A DNA stretch of 59,210 bases, from NCBI GenBank assembly GCA_000388065.2, contig KB932203.1; one strand, written 5' to 3'. The position numbers were made by a program, and so were the translations under genes. This DNA is from Fonticula alba ATCC 38817 (taxonomy: Eukaryota; Protista; Nucleariida). Shown in pieces: positions 47,319-58,019 of the stretch (positions within the stretch are counted from its first letter, which is position 1; every line of letters begins with the position of its first letter). The notes below the pieces were generated by a model. That model did not search any database and had not been told where the DNA came from. It saw only the letters and a program-made list of their open reading frames with translations.

Positions 47319-50094
47319 TCACTGGATGAGGAACGATGAGGACTTGACGGTGACGTCTCCGGAGAAATCGACCGGGGCGCCCTGCGCCGAGGTGATCGAG
47401 GCCACAGCGATACCGGACAGCGGGGCCACCAGCTGCCCCTGCGAGGTGTGCTCGAGTGGCGTGACACAGTTGAAGTCGATCTTGACGGGGAAGATGTTGT
47501 CCGGGTTGGATCCGCAGTGGCCAATGACGAGGCTCTGTGGCGAATGCAAATGAGTGATGCCCATTTCCGATCGCGTGCCAGGAGGGGAGGGAATGTAAGC
47601 TGAGAGACCGCGTAATCGGTGCATGTGGGGGGGGGGGGGGGGGGNNNNNNNNNNNNNNNNNNNNNNNNNNNNNNNNNNNNNNNNNNNCCAAGTCGATGGC
47701 CAGACAAAGTGGCATGTCGCCACGCACCAGGCTCGCCGAGCCGGATTCCAGATCCGGCGACCAAACAAGGGACTTGGACGAGTCGTAGTACTCGGTGCTC
47801 CCGTCGACCTCCAGGACGTGGGGGTTGGCCGGCGCGGGGATGTGGAAAAAGACCGTCGTCGGGACGCTGGGATTGGCACGGAACCAATCGGCCACCGCCT
47901 CAATCTGGAAGACGATCGACACGCAACCAGGCTCGGAAATGTGGCTGGCCGAAGACCCGGTCTCCGTCCAGCAGGTCAGCGTGAAGGGCAGGACGTCCAT
48001 ACGAGAGGCGGCCACATTGCGAGTCCACCGGGCCAGGGTGGTCGGCCGCTCCGGGCGAATAGGCGACTCGCCGCCGGTGAAGCAAATCACCCGGCCGCTG
48101 TTGAAGGCGCTCTTGTCAGCCTGAGGATGAGACTGTGTGTTTGTGCGTTTGTGTGTTGGTGTGTTTGTTGGGCGGGGAGCGGGGGAGGGGGGGGGGAGGG
48201 GAGAGCATGGACAACGGGGTCAGCGGACGGGGTTCGACTCTCGGGCGGAGGAAATGGACAGCGAGGTGGAAAGAGAGAAATGCGGCAAGGGAAGGAGGCA
48301 GGAGCGGAAGAGGGGCCCCAAAAGACCTACCATCGTGCGGCCCTGGGAGGGGGGAACATCCGCGCCGGAAAGGGCCAGGCGAATCCCGCCAAAGGAGTTG
48401 TCCTGCACAGCGACAGACACCTGGCCGTGGATCTTCATGGCATCGAGGATGGCCCCGTCGCGGTCGATGTCCACCGTGACAAACTCCTCCATGATGACAT
48501 TCAGGCTGGGGGAGGGATCAATAAGGGCAAGGCAAAAGCACGAGAAAAAAAAGGCAACAGGACCAACCGGCAACCCAAGAGAGAAGGCGAGATGAAAGCT
48601 GAACCAGCGCCATGGGAAACGCACGCCTTCCGCTGGGACTGATACTCCGCCAGGCGGGCCTGGAACTGGTTGAGGATCGAGGTGACGGGACCAACATCCT
48701 GACGAGGTGGCTGGTCAGCCGGGCGACCGCCAGGACCACCGGCAGTTGGCCGATGCGTGGCCACCTCGGCCGCGGCAGCCTCCAGCAGAGAGGAGGCGCT
48801 GGACTTCGGGCCGCCGGAGGCGATACCGGCGAAGGGGCTGGAGCCGGCACCGGGCCCGGCGCCGCCGAGCTTCATGCTCCGGCCTGGAGCAGCGCCCTGG
48901 GCGGCCATCGCCGGCGAGGTGACACGCGCCTGCTGCGGCTGCTGCTGCTGCTGCTGCTGCTGCTGATAGTGCTGCGGCGCAGCCGGCTGGCCACCATAGC
49001 CGGCGGATGGGGGCGAGCCATAGCCGCCGCCCTGGCCACCGCCATAACCGCCACCCTGGCCGCCACCATAACCACCGCCCTGGCCACCGCCGTAGCCGCC
49101 GCCCTGGCCACCGCCGTAGCCGCTGCCATAGCCACCACCCTGGCGCTGATCGCGGGCGTCGCGGCGCTGCTGCTCGAGCATACGCGCCCGGCGCTTGGCC
49201 TCCTCTTTGGCGTCGTGCTCCTTGTTACGCTCAAGCATCAGGAAGACTTCCTCCTCGTGGGACTTGGCCGTGGTACAGGCACTGACGTAGGCCGGGGAGA
49301 CACGCTCACCATGACCACCGCCACCGGCGCCGGGGGCTGTGGTGGAGGAAATCACCTCATCCAGGGCAAAGGCCAGCTCGAACACCGCAGCCTGCACATC
49401 CTCCACCTCGGGACGGCAGTACTCGGGGATCTGGAGGGAAGGGCACAGGTCGAGGGCAAGGGGGAACACGGGTGAGAAAGGCCCACATTAGCAGGCATGT
49501 GTGATGGCGAATGTTGCGTGAGCACATACCACCCGGGTCAGCAGGCTCAGCGTCTCCAGGTCATCCAAAATGTTGGATGTCTTGGTGGTGACGAGGACAA
49601 TGAGCAGGCTCTCATACGGACGGTACACATAGCGAACATGATCTGTCTCGACGAAAGTGTGCTGGCGCGTAACGCTGGAAGACCCCTCAACGAGGGAGGT
49701 GTTGGAGGCCAAGAGCTTCGGCAGGGCGGCCAGCAGGCCCTCGATGCGGGCGCGCGGCATTTCCACAAACTGCCGGGCAAGGAGAACTGAACAAGGGAGG
49801 AGCGAGGGGGGGAGGGGGGGAAGGGGGGAAGGGAGAAGGGGGGGGCGAGACAGAGTAAGGATCGAGAGTGACGCGAAGGGACAGAAGTGAGCAGAGCAGC
49901 AGGAGGAAAGGAGTGCGTACCCTTCCCTGCGGACTTGGTCAGGATGGCAGCAGAGAGCACCACCTGCGCGTCGGCACGCGTATGTCAGGTTAGCGGCGGT
50001 GACAGTGGTGATGGTGATGGTGATGAAGTAATGGTGGCGGTGGTGATGGTGGTAGCCGTTGCAAACGGGAAGGAAGAGGGAGGAAACGCACCAT
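47319..50094 (-). CDS. ARCN1: Coatomer subunit delta (delta-COP)
   Basis: M|VVLSAAILTKSAGK|VLLARQFVEMPRARIEGLLAALPKL..QHTFVETDHVRYVYRPYESL..SNILDDLETL..|IPEYC..FALDEVI..SHEEEV, then a low-complexity linker and mu-homology domain (EEFVTVDIDRDG, LARW, LPFTLTCW, FPVKIDF). Confidence 0.95.
49020..49143 (-). repeat. Coding 24-bp repeat (YGGGQGGG x4) in the delta-COP linker
   Basis: Translation GYGSGYGGGQGGGYGGGQGGGYGGGQGGGYGGGQGGGYGS. Confidence 0.9.
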
Positions 50095-52138
50095 GTTGAA
50101 GGGCTGAGTATGGGGACGGAGGGGGAGGGGACCGTCGAGTGGGGGGAATCGCTGGAGAGTCGGGCAAGAACGAGGGAGATCGNNNNNNNNNNNNNNNNNN
50201 NNNNNNNNNNGGGCGGCGAGGAGCCGAGTCAACGTCGACGTGGCGGCGGTCCTGGACGGGAGAGGGGAAAACAAGAACAGAAAGGGAAAGGAGGAGCGGG
50301 CGGGGGAGGGGGGGGGGAGGAGCAAGGTGCAGGCGGGCAGTACGTGAAAGGAAAGGCGAGAGAGGGGGGTCACCAGAAGGGGGATGGAGCCCGGGCCCAC
50401 GGCGCCTGGGCGATCCGGGAAGAGGCATTTTCACTGGGACCCGAGGACAGGGGGAGAGTCCCAGACCTCGGCGCGTCCCGTTGGTCACTAAGGCTCGAGG
50501 CACGTCGGGGAGATAGAACCCACGGTCGGTGTCCAGGCGGGACCGTTGTTTCTTCCACCGGAAGGCGCAGCCACACGCTCGTCGCCTGTGTGACTCTCGA
50601 CCCCCGCCCCCCTCTCTCGCCTGCGCCCTTTTCCCCCAAACACGAAATGTCGCCCGCCGCACGGGGGAGAGACCCCAACGCAGGGGGCAGGGGACATGTC
50701 GCGCTGAACCGCCCCCCCCCCCCCCCGAAGGCCATCGGCCCTAGGGTGCGATCGTCGACGCCCCGAGAAGAAGAAGCGTCTTTTGGGCAGGGGCGCGGGG
50801 AAATAGACTGAGCTTCGGTGAGAGTGCTGGTTGTCAGCCTGCTGAAGGGCACGCCGAAGGTGGGACCGCCTTGCTGGGACTTTAAATGGACAAGAAATAA
50901 CATTAATTGTCGATGTCAGGACTGGGCATGTGCCATCGGGGGCCGGGTGACCGGACCAGCTGATCGGACGGTCGGGCGCCCGCGGCCCTGGGGGCGGCCG
51001 TCCGGCGGCCGGACCACCCAGCCCAGGGCCCGGAAACGCGTGTCCCCCGGTGTCGGGGATCCTTCATATCCTCCGCCGTGCAAAGCTCCGGCGTCCAGCC
51101 GGGCCTTCCTGGGCACTTGTCAGAGGGGTCGTAGGACTGTGAGGGGGGCGAATTGCGCGCTGGCCTTGTGGCCCCAGCCTGGGGCCCTCCGATCGTCGGG
51201 AGTTATCGTCCCCAGCCAGGCGCCCCCCTGCGAGTCGGCGGGGGGGGGGGGGGGGGGGGGCGAAGACTCCCGGGCTCCCTCCCCCCTCCCTTCTGTGAGG
51301 TGCCAGGAAACAAAGATCTACCCAAGGGGCACCGCACTCGGGGCTCGAGCACGATCCGTTGACAAAACAGGCCCGGCCCCCTCCTCCATCCCCTTTTCTC
51401 GCCCTCCCCCCTCCCTGTCCTGATTCCGTCGCCTCCTCTCCTCTGTATGCCCATCCAACATGTCCACCAGCCCTCTCTCTCCCCCTCTCCCTCTCTCCCT
51501 CCCTCCCACACACACACACACACACACACCCTGGCTTCGCGCGCCATCTGACCAGGCCCCATGCTTCTCCTACCGACTGGCCACCAACGGCGATCGCTCT
51601 CCCATGTGGAATAGCTCGCGATCCGCACCCGGACCCCCTGGAATTATCCCCGAGAATCCCCCCCCCCCCTCCTCCTCCCCATCGCCTCCTATCTGTGTCT
51701 GTGCTTGCACGTGTATGAGCGCATAACTTGCCCCTGCCCCACCTCGTGTCCCACCTTTTATGTCTGGTATCCTCTGTCCCCCACCCCCCTTCCCCCTTTC
51801 ATCGCAAACGCACACATTAACCGCCCTTTCGCTCTTTTGTTCCACCTGACCCCATGATACCTTCCCCCTGCTTGCCCCCCTCTCCACCGGCTCATCCTCC
51901 TCGGCCTCATCGCCCCCCTTGTCGGATGAGAGCGAACCCGGCCGGGGGCATGACTTCGATGCATTTGACTTCCTGGAAGCCGACGGCCCGGCCGAGCTGC
52001 TGGACATCGGCGAGGAGGTCCCCCGCGTGTGTCCCCGCCCACCCCCCCCCCCCCCCCGTTCCCCCCCCCCCCCCCCCCCCCCCCTCCTCCTCTCCCTCTC
52101 GACTCCGTCCGACTGTCGTCGGCACAGAATCTAGTGCC

Positions 52139-53429
52139 ATGGACAATTCGATCAAGCTCTTCGCCGGCAACTCCCATCCGGAGCTGGCCAAGCAGGTGGC
52201 CCGCCGCCTGGGCATCGCCCTGAGCCAGGTGAAGGTCTGCAAGCTGCCGAACCAGGAGACCTCGGTTACGCTGGAGGAGTCCGTGCGTGATGAGGACGTG
52301 TTCATCCTGCAGTCCGGCTGCGGGGAGATCAACGACCACCTGATGGAGCTGCTCATCTTGATCAACGCCTGCAAGACGGCCTCCGCCCGGCGTGTGACCG
52401 CCGTGGTCCCCTGCTTCCCGTATGCTCGCCAGGACAAGAAGGACAAGAGTCGCGCGCCGATCACCGCCAAGCTGGTGGCCAACATGCTGATTGTGGCTGG
52501 TGCCGACCATGTCATCACCATGGACTTGCATGCGTCCCAGATTCAGGGCTTCTTCGACATCCCGGTGGACAATCTGTACGCCGAGCCGGCGGCCATTCGT
52601 TGGATTCGCTCCAACCTGGATGTGGCCAACTGTGTCATTGTCTCGCCTGATGCTGGTGGTGCAAAGCGGTGCGCATTCGGCCGGGCTGCTTGGCGTCCCC
52701 CCTCCCCCCAGGGAAGAGCTGCATTCTTTTCTGTTTCCTTCCTTCTTTCTTTCTTTTTTCTGCCCCCCCCCCGCATTGGCACATACCCGCAAGCTGACTT
52801 TGCATTTTCCGCCTCTTCCCCCGGGCCTTTTCCCTCACATAGCGCTACCTCCATCGCCGACAAGCTTGACGTTGAGTTTGCCCTCATTCACAAGGAGCGC
52901 AAGAAGGCCAATGAGGTCAGCAAGATGGTCCTGGTCGGTAATGTCAGCGGCAAGATCGGTGCGTGCCACCTTCTCTCTCCCCCTCTCTCCCCTTCCCACC
53001 TACACCTCCCTGTGCCGACATGCACACCTCCCTGCACAGCCCACATGCACGCTGACCACACTCCATCGCCCGCCACAATCAGCCGTCCTTGTGGACGACA
53101 TGGCCGACACCTGTGGGACCCTGATCATGGCCGCGGACACCCTGCTGGAGAGTGGTGCTCGAAAGGTGTATGCTCTGGTGACCCATGGCATCTTCAGTGG
53201 CAATGCCGTGGAGAAGCTGGCCAAGTCCCGCCTCGAGGCGGTGGTCGCCTCCAACACCATCCCCCATTCGGAGAAGCAGCTTGAGTGCTTCCCCGATGCC
53301 ACCGAGGACAACCCCCACCCGGAGAGTAAGATCCGCACGATCGACGTCAGCTCCGTCCTGGCCGAGGCCATCCGGCGAACCCACAACGGCGAGAGCGTCA
53401 GCTTCCTCTTTGCCAACGACGTCAGCTAA
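52139..53429 (+). CDS. PRPS1: Ribose-phosphate pyrophosphokinase (class I PRPP synthetase)
   Basis: [87 protein letters not shown]. Two introns (~52669-52841 and ~52960-53081). Confidence 0.97.
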
Positions 53430-55201
53430 TGGCGGGGCGGGGGGCCAATGCGGGGGTGAGGGCGGGCGCCTTCTTTTTGTTTCCGTCACCGCTGGCCATT
53501 TGCTGGTATGTGCTGGCGCCTGGTCCGCGGATGCCTTGTGTGCCTCTCCAACTCCACCCCCTCCCCCTCCCTCTCCCTCTCCCTTGTATCCTCCCTGTAA
53601 GTGTGCTACTTGGCGCTTGAGGGAGAGAGATCGAGAGAAAAAATGTGAAAGGCAACCTCAAAATATACTTTTCTGTCCTCTTCCTCCTCCTGGACCTGCC
53701 TCAGATCGTGCGCCCTTTTCGAGCAAGCGGCGGGGTATCATCAGTAAAGAGTGTGTCTTAGTATGCGCATGATAGTGGGGAATGGCATTTCGTGGTATTC
53801 AGTCGGGCAAATCTCTCCCATTGGAACATTGGGCCGGGGCGTGCATCACAGAGAGGACTCTCTTATTTCTTCTCTGCCGCCCATCTCCGGGGGGAACAAG
53901 CGAGCACGCACGCGCGGACAAGGTTGAAGCCGCCGAGGAGCAGGAGGAGACGAAAGCGGCCAGCTTGCCGATGTCGCGGAAGCCGGAGAATCGACCGACC
54001 CAGTGGGGGGGAGGGGGGGGGAGCAAGCCATTTCGGGTTCCCCCGGGCCTTCCGGGGCTGCCGCGACCCAGCCCCATATAACGGCGAACGGCACCAGCGC
54101 TGGATTGCCCGATATGCGCCCGTGTGCATACATGCACGCGAGGGGCCCGGCGCGAGGAGAGATGGGCCGGAAAACCCGGGGAGGGGGGGGGGGGAAGACG
54201 AGAGAAGGGCAGGACGCGGTCGCCGGGCCCGCGGGCCGCCCCCAACGCCCGAAAATGGGCCTGGCAAATGTGGGTGGCGACGGACTTGAGGGCATCCTCC
54301 CCGGCGGCAAGGGCCGCGGGGCTCTCAGCCCTCCGGAGCGAAGACATTCCAATGTTATGAAATATGCTCAGGTGAAATCCCCCCTCGAAACCAGCGAGGC
54401 TGCAAAAGAGTGCGGCCGTGGAATAAAAAAAGGCCCAATATATTGAAGCCACAGACATGCGAGCCTCTCTCGGTGGGTCTGGCGGAACCTGGCGATAGCA
54501 CCTACATGCGCCCGCCCCCGGGCCCCAGCTTTGGAGTTGTCGGTGCCCTGCCCGCGGCTTCCCTGGGGCTGGGCTCCCGGCGGGCAAGGGTTGCCCCGTA
54601 ACAGGAACAACACTCGGGGTGCATTCCCCCCCCCCCCGCCCGCCCCCGCCCCCTCGCCCTGCTGCCTCTCGCCGCCTTCAGCCTTGTTACGGGGCGCGGA
54701 GAGGCCGCTGCCTGTGGCCTCGGCTCCCCTCTCTTAGGAAGCCGGCAACAATCGGCAACTCTCGAGGGAGGGCAGCGAGCGACGACACCCTCTCGAGCTC
54801 GGTCGGGGGGGACACCTTTTTGTTAGACCGAGAGCCGGGGCGGAGGGTGAGGGGCGACCTGCTGTGGCGCGCCCGACCAAGCTCCCCCCAGCGCTGCTCT
54901 GCCCATACCTGAACTGGGCTTCGCATTCAGACATATCCCCACACACGCTCCCTCGCACGGGGCAAACTGGTCACCCCTACCCCAGCCGCAGGGCGGAAGG
55001 ACAGGCCAGACGAAGAGAATGAGGGGCAGGCCCCCGGCCCCGCCCCCGTTGTCCTCCCGGCCGGCGTTTGGGGGCGGTTTTTCGGCCGGCCAAAACAACA
55101 TCACCCCCTGGTCTCTGGCACACACACAAAGTCAGCTCCCTAGCCGTCTTCGTTTTCTTTCTCTCTCTCTCCCCCCCCCCTTTCGCGGACACCTCGCCAT
55201 C

Positions 55202-55431
55202 ATGCCCGTACGCCGTGTCTCCCCCTCGGCGTCGCTTCCCCCCTGCCTCCCCTCGCCCCCTCCCTTCGCCCCCGATGCCCCCTATTCCTGCCTCGTCTGC
55301 TGGCGCCAATGGGCCATATGCCTGCTGTGAAGCCCCCTCCCAGAGGCCCTTGCCTCCCTCAACATCTCCCCCCGTCCCCGCCAGACACGACACGCGCATG
55401 AAGACGCCTGTCGCCCTTTGCTTGCCACCGC

Positions 55432-55464
<33 letters not shown>

Positions 55465-56472
55465 CCGCCACCACCATCAAGCTGACCCTCCCCCCCCCCC
55501 CTTCGCGCCCCCTCTGATGCACCTGCACAGGCCTACCACTCCTCCTTCAACGCTGTTTCGACCGAGGCCCACTGCCAGGTCGTCGGCAACTTCCCCCTGC
55601 TCCCTCTGACCACCTCTTCCCGTGGCCCGGCCCCCTCGAACCCCGGTGCGCTACCTCTCCTGCCCCGCCTGCTCGAGCTCACCTCCAGGGCCAGTGATCG
55701 CCCGGTTGCAGAGACTGACCTCCCTCTCGCCCTTCCCTCCTCCCCATTGCCCCGCGGCGGGGCGGGTCATCCAAATCAGCCGGCCAGATGGACATCGTTG
55801 ACGAGGCCATCTCCATCTTCCGCGCCAACGTTTTCTACCGTAACTTCGAGTTCCAGGGCAACGCTGACCGCGCCCTTTGCTGGATCATTCTCTACATCTC
55901 CGACTGCCTGAACGTACGCCGCCACCGGCACACACTCGCAGCTCCTCCTCCTCCTCCTCCTCCTCCCGCCCCTCTTTCTCCCCGCCGAATGCATCTTCAC
56001 CCACTGACGCCCCCCCCCCCGCCCCCCTTTACCTGCTCCCCTCGCCGCCAACAGATCATTCAGAAGTCCTCTTCCAAGATCGATGCCAACAAGCGCCTGC
56101 TCACCGCCGCGGCTGACGCCAACTTCGCCATCCCCGGCGACGGCAACTTCGTCTTTGGTGCCCTCTACCAGAAGCCGGCCTCTCCCTCCGATGCCAACCT
56201 CCTCCGCCAGTACATGTCCCAGCTTCGCCACGAGGTCGGCACTCGCCTGGTTTCCATCGTCTATGGCGATGCCGATGTCCCGAGCAAGGTGCGCACACAT
56301 CCGTCCCCGGTGGCCGGCTGCCCGGAGCATGCCAATCCCCTTCCATCCCCCGCCTGTATACCCCGCTGGTGCTGACCTTCCGCTTTCTATCCCTCTCTCT
56401 CCCCCCCCCCTCGTTCTCACACAGTGGTGGATGTGCTTCACCCGCCGCAAGTTCATGAACAAGAGCCTGTAA
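55202..56472 (+). CDS. ARPC3: Arp2/3 complex subunit p21-Arc
   Basis: Exons 55202-55207, 55531-55645, 55780-55913, 56055-56288, 56425-56472: MP|AYHSSF..GNFPLLPL..RGPAP|..DIVDEAISIFRANVFYRNFE..ADRALCWIILYISDCL|..FAIPGDGNF..QLRHEVGTRL|WWMCFTRRKFMNKSL. Confidence 0.97.
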
Positions 56473-57032
56473 GAAGGTTTGCACAACGGCGCGCGCTTAT
56501 GCAGGCGCATCACACCATTCCCCCTCATTCCCGCGCATACACACGCACACCCTCGCCTTTGAACCGTTGTACTGTGGCTGGCCGTAGCTACTTCCGCATC
56601 AAATACCCACCCCAGAGAGAGGAAGCCTTCCGACATGTTTCCGTGCAACACACATTCCTCCACAACCACACACACACGCACGCACACACACACAACGCAC
56701 ATGCGTCCATATGACCGGGTGATCGCGCACGCAGGGGCCTCTCGGGCGGCACCTCACACTAGTTCTCACGCGCGAGCAGTCCCCTGTGGAGGGGCCCCCT
56801 CCACGCCGCGCGCGTCCTCCCCCCTCTCCTCGCCAATTCTCGCTCCTTTTCAAAAATAAAGCCCCCACGCACACAAGCGCACACGTCTCCCCCGGCTCCC
56901 CCCCCCCCCGGAGCATCCGAAGGCACATTGGAAACTGTGGTCTAAGATTTTATTTGGATTGCTTTTTTTTTCTTGGCATTCTCAAGATCCATGCATTTTG
57001 CGCACAGACGCCCTTCGGCGCCGGCACAAACA

Positions 57033-58019
57033 CTACATCACCTTGCAGTTGGCCTGTCCGGGAGGGCCGGTCGCGGAGGTGGGGGCTCCCCTTCCACGGC
57101 TGGCCTGAGGCCCACCGAGGGCCATTTGTGACCGGCAATCGCGCCCCGTGCCGGGGGCTGGTCCCCGGGAGGCGGATTGTCCAGCGCGCCGTGACGTGCC
57201 AGCCGCCAGGCAAGTGTGTACCTCGGGAAGTCTGAGGAATGGTCAGAACAGAGGGCGATATGTCAGGGGGGAGGGGGGGACGGATGCAAGGGGGCGGAAG
57301 TATGCCCAGCGACGGGCCAGTGGGAGGGGCACGCACCGATGGCTGACACAGAAGGACTTGCGGCACTGCCGACACTCAAACTGGGGGGATTTGCCGCGGC
57401 AGGCGGGGAACGGGCAGACCGTGGTGCCCGGGCGTCGGGTGGGGGTGTCCGCTAGTGTGGGCATGGCTGGGCGGGAGCGGCCCTCACGACGGAGACGAGC
57501 CTTGTCGGAGGTGCATCGATGTGCGTCGTAGGAGAAATGCACGGAGCTAGGGGGGGGGAGTCAGGGGAGAGCGGGGNNNNNNNNNNNNNNNNNNNNNNNN
57601 NNNNNNNNNNNNNNNNNNNNNNNNNNNNNNNNNNNNNNNNNNNNNNNNNNNNNNNNNNNNNNNNNNNNNNNNNNNNNNNNNNNNNNNNNNNNNNNNNNNN
57701 NNNNNNNNNNNNNNNNNNNNNNNNNNNNNNNNNNNNNNNNNNNNNNNNNNNNNNNNNNNNNNNNNNNNNNNNNNNNNNNNNNNNNNNNNNNNNNNNNNNN
57801 NNNNNNNNNNNNNNNNNNNNNNNNNNNNNNNNNNNNNNNNNNNNNNNNNNNNNNNNNNNNNNNNNNNNNNNNNNNNNNNNNNNNNNNNNNNNNNNNNNNN
57901 NNNNNNNNNNNNNNNNNNNNNNNNNNNNNNNNNNNNNNNNNNNNNNNNNNNNNNNNNNNNNNNNNNNNNNNNNNNNNNNNNNNNNNNNNNNNNNNNNNNN
58001 NNNNNNNNNNNNGATCCAT
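57033..58019 (-). CDS. Tandem AN1 zinc-finger protein (ZFAND1/ZFAND2-AIRAP-like) ending in a CaaX box
   Basis: SVHFSYDAHRC (cf. ZFAND2 CKDHFPYAAHKC), CPFPAC..FECRQCRKSFCVSHR|LPEVHTC across intron 57336-57232, ending ANCKVM-stop. Probable ATG at 58019 (ACCATGG context) just before gap 57577-58012. Confidence 0.8.
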
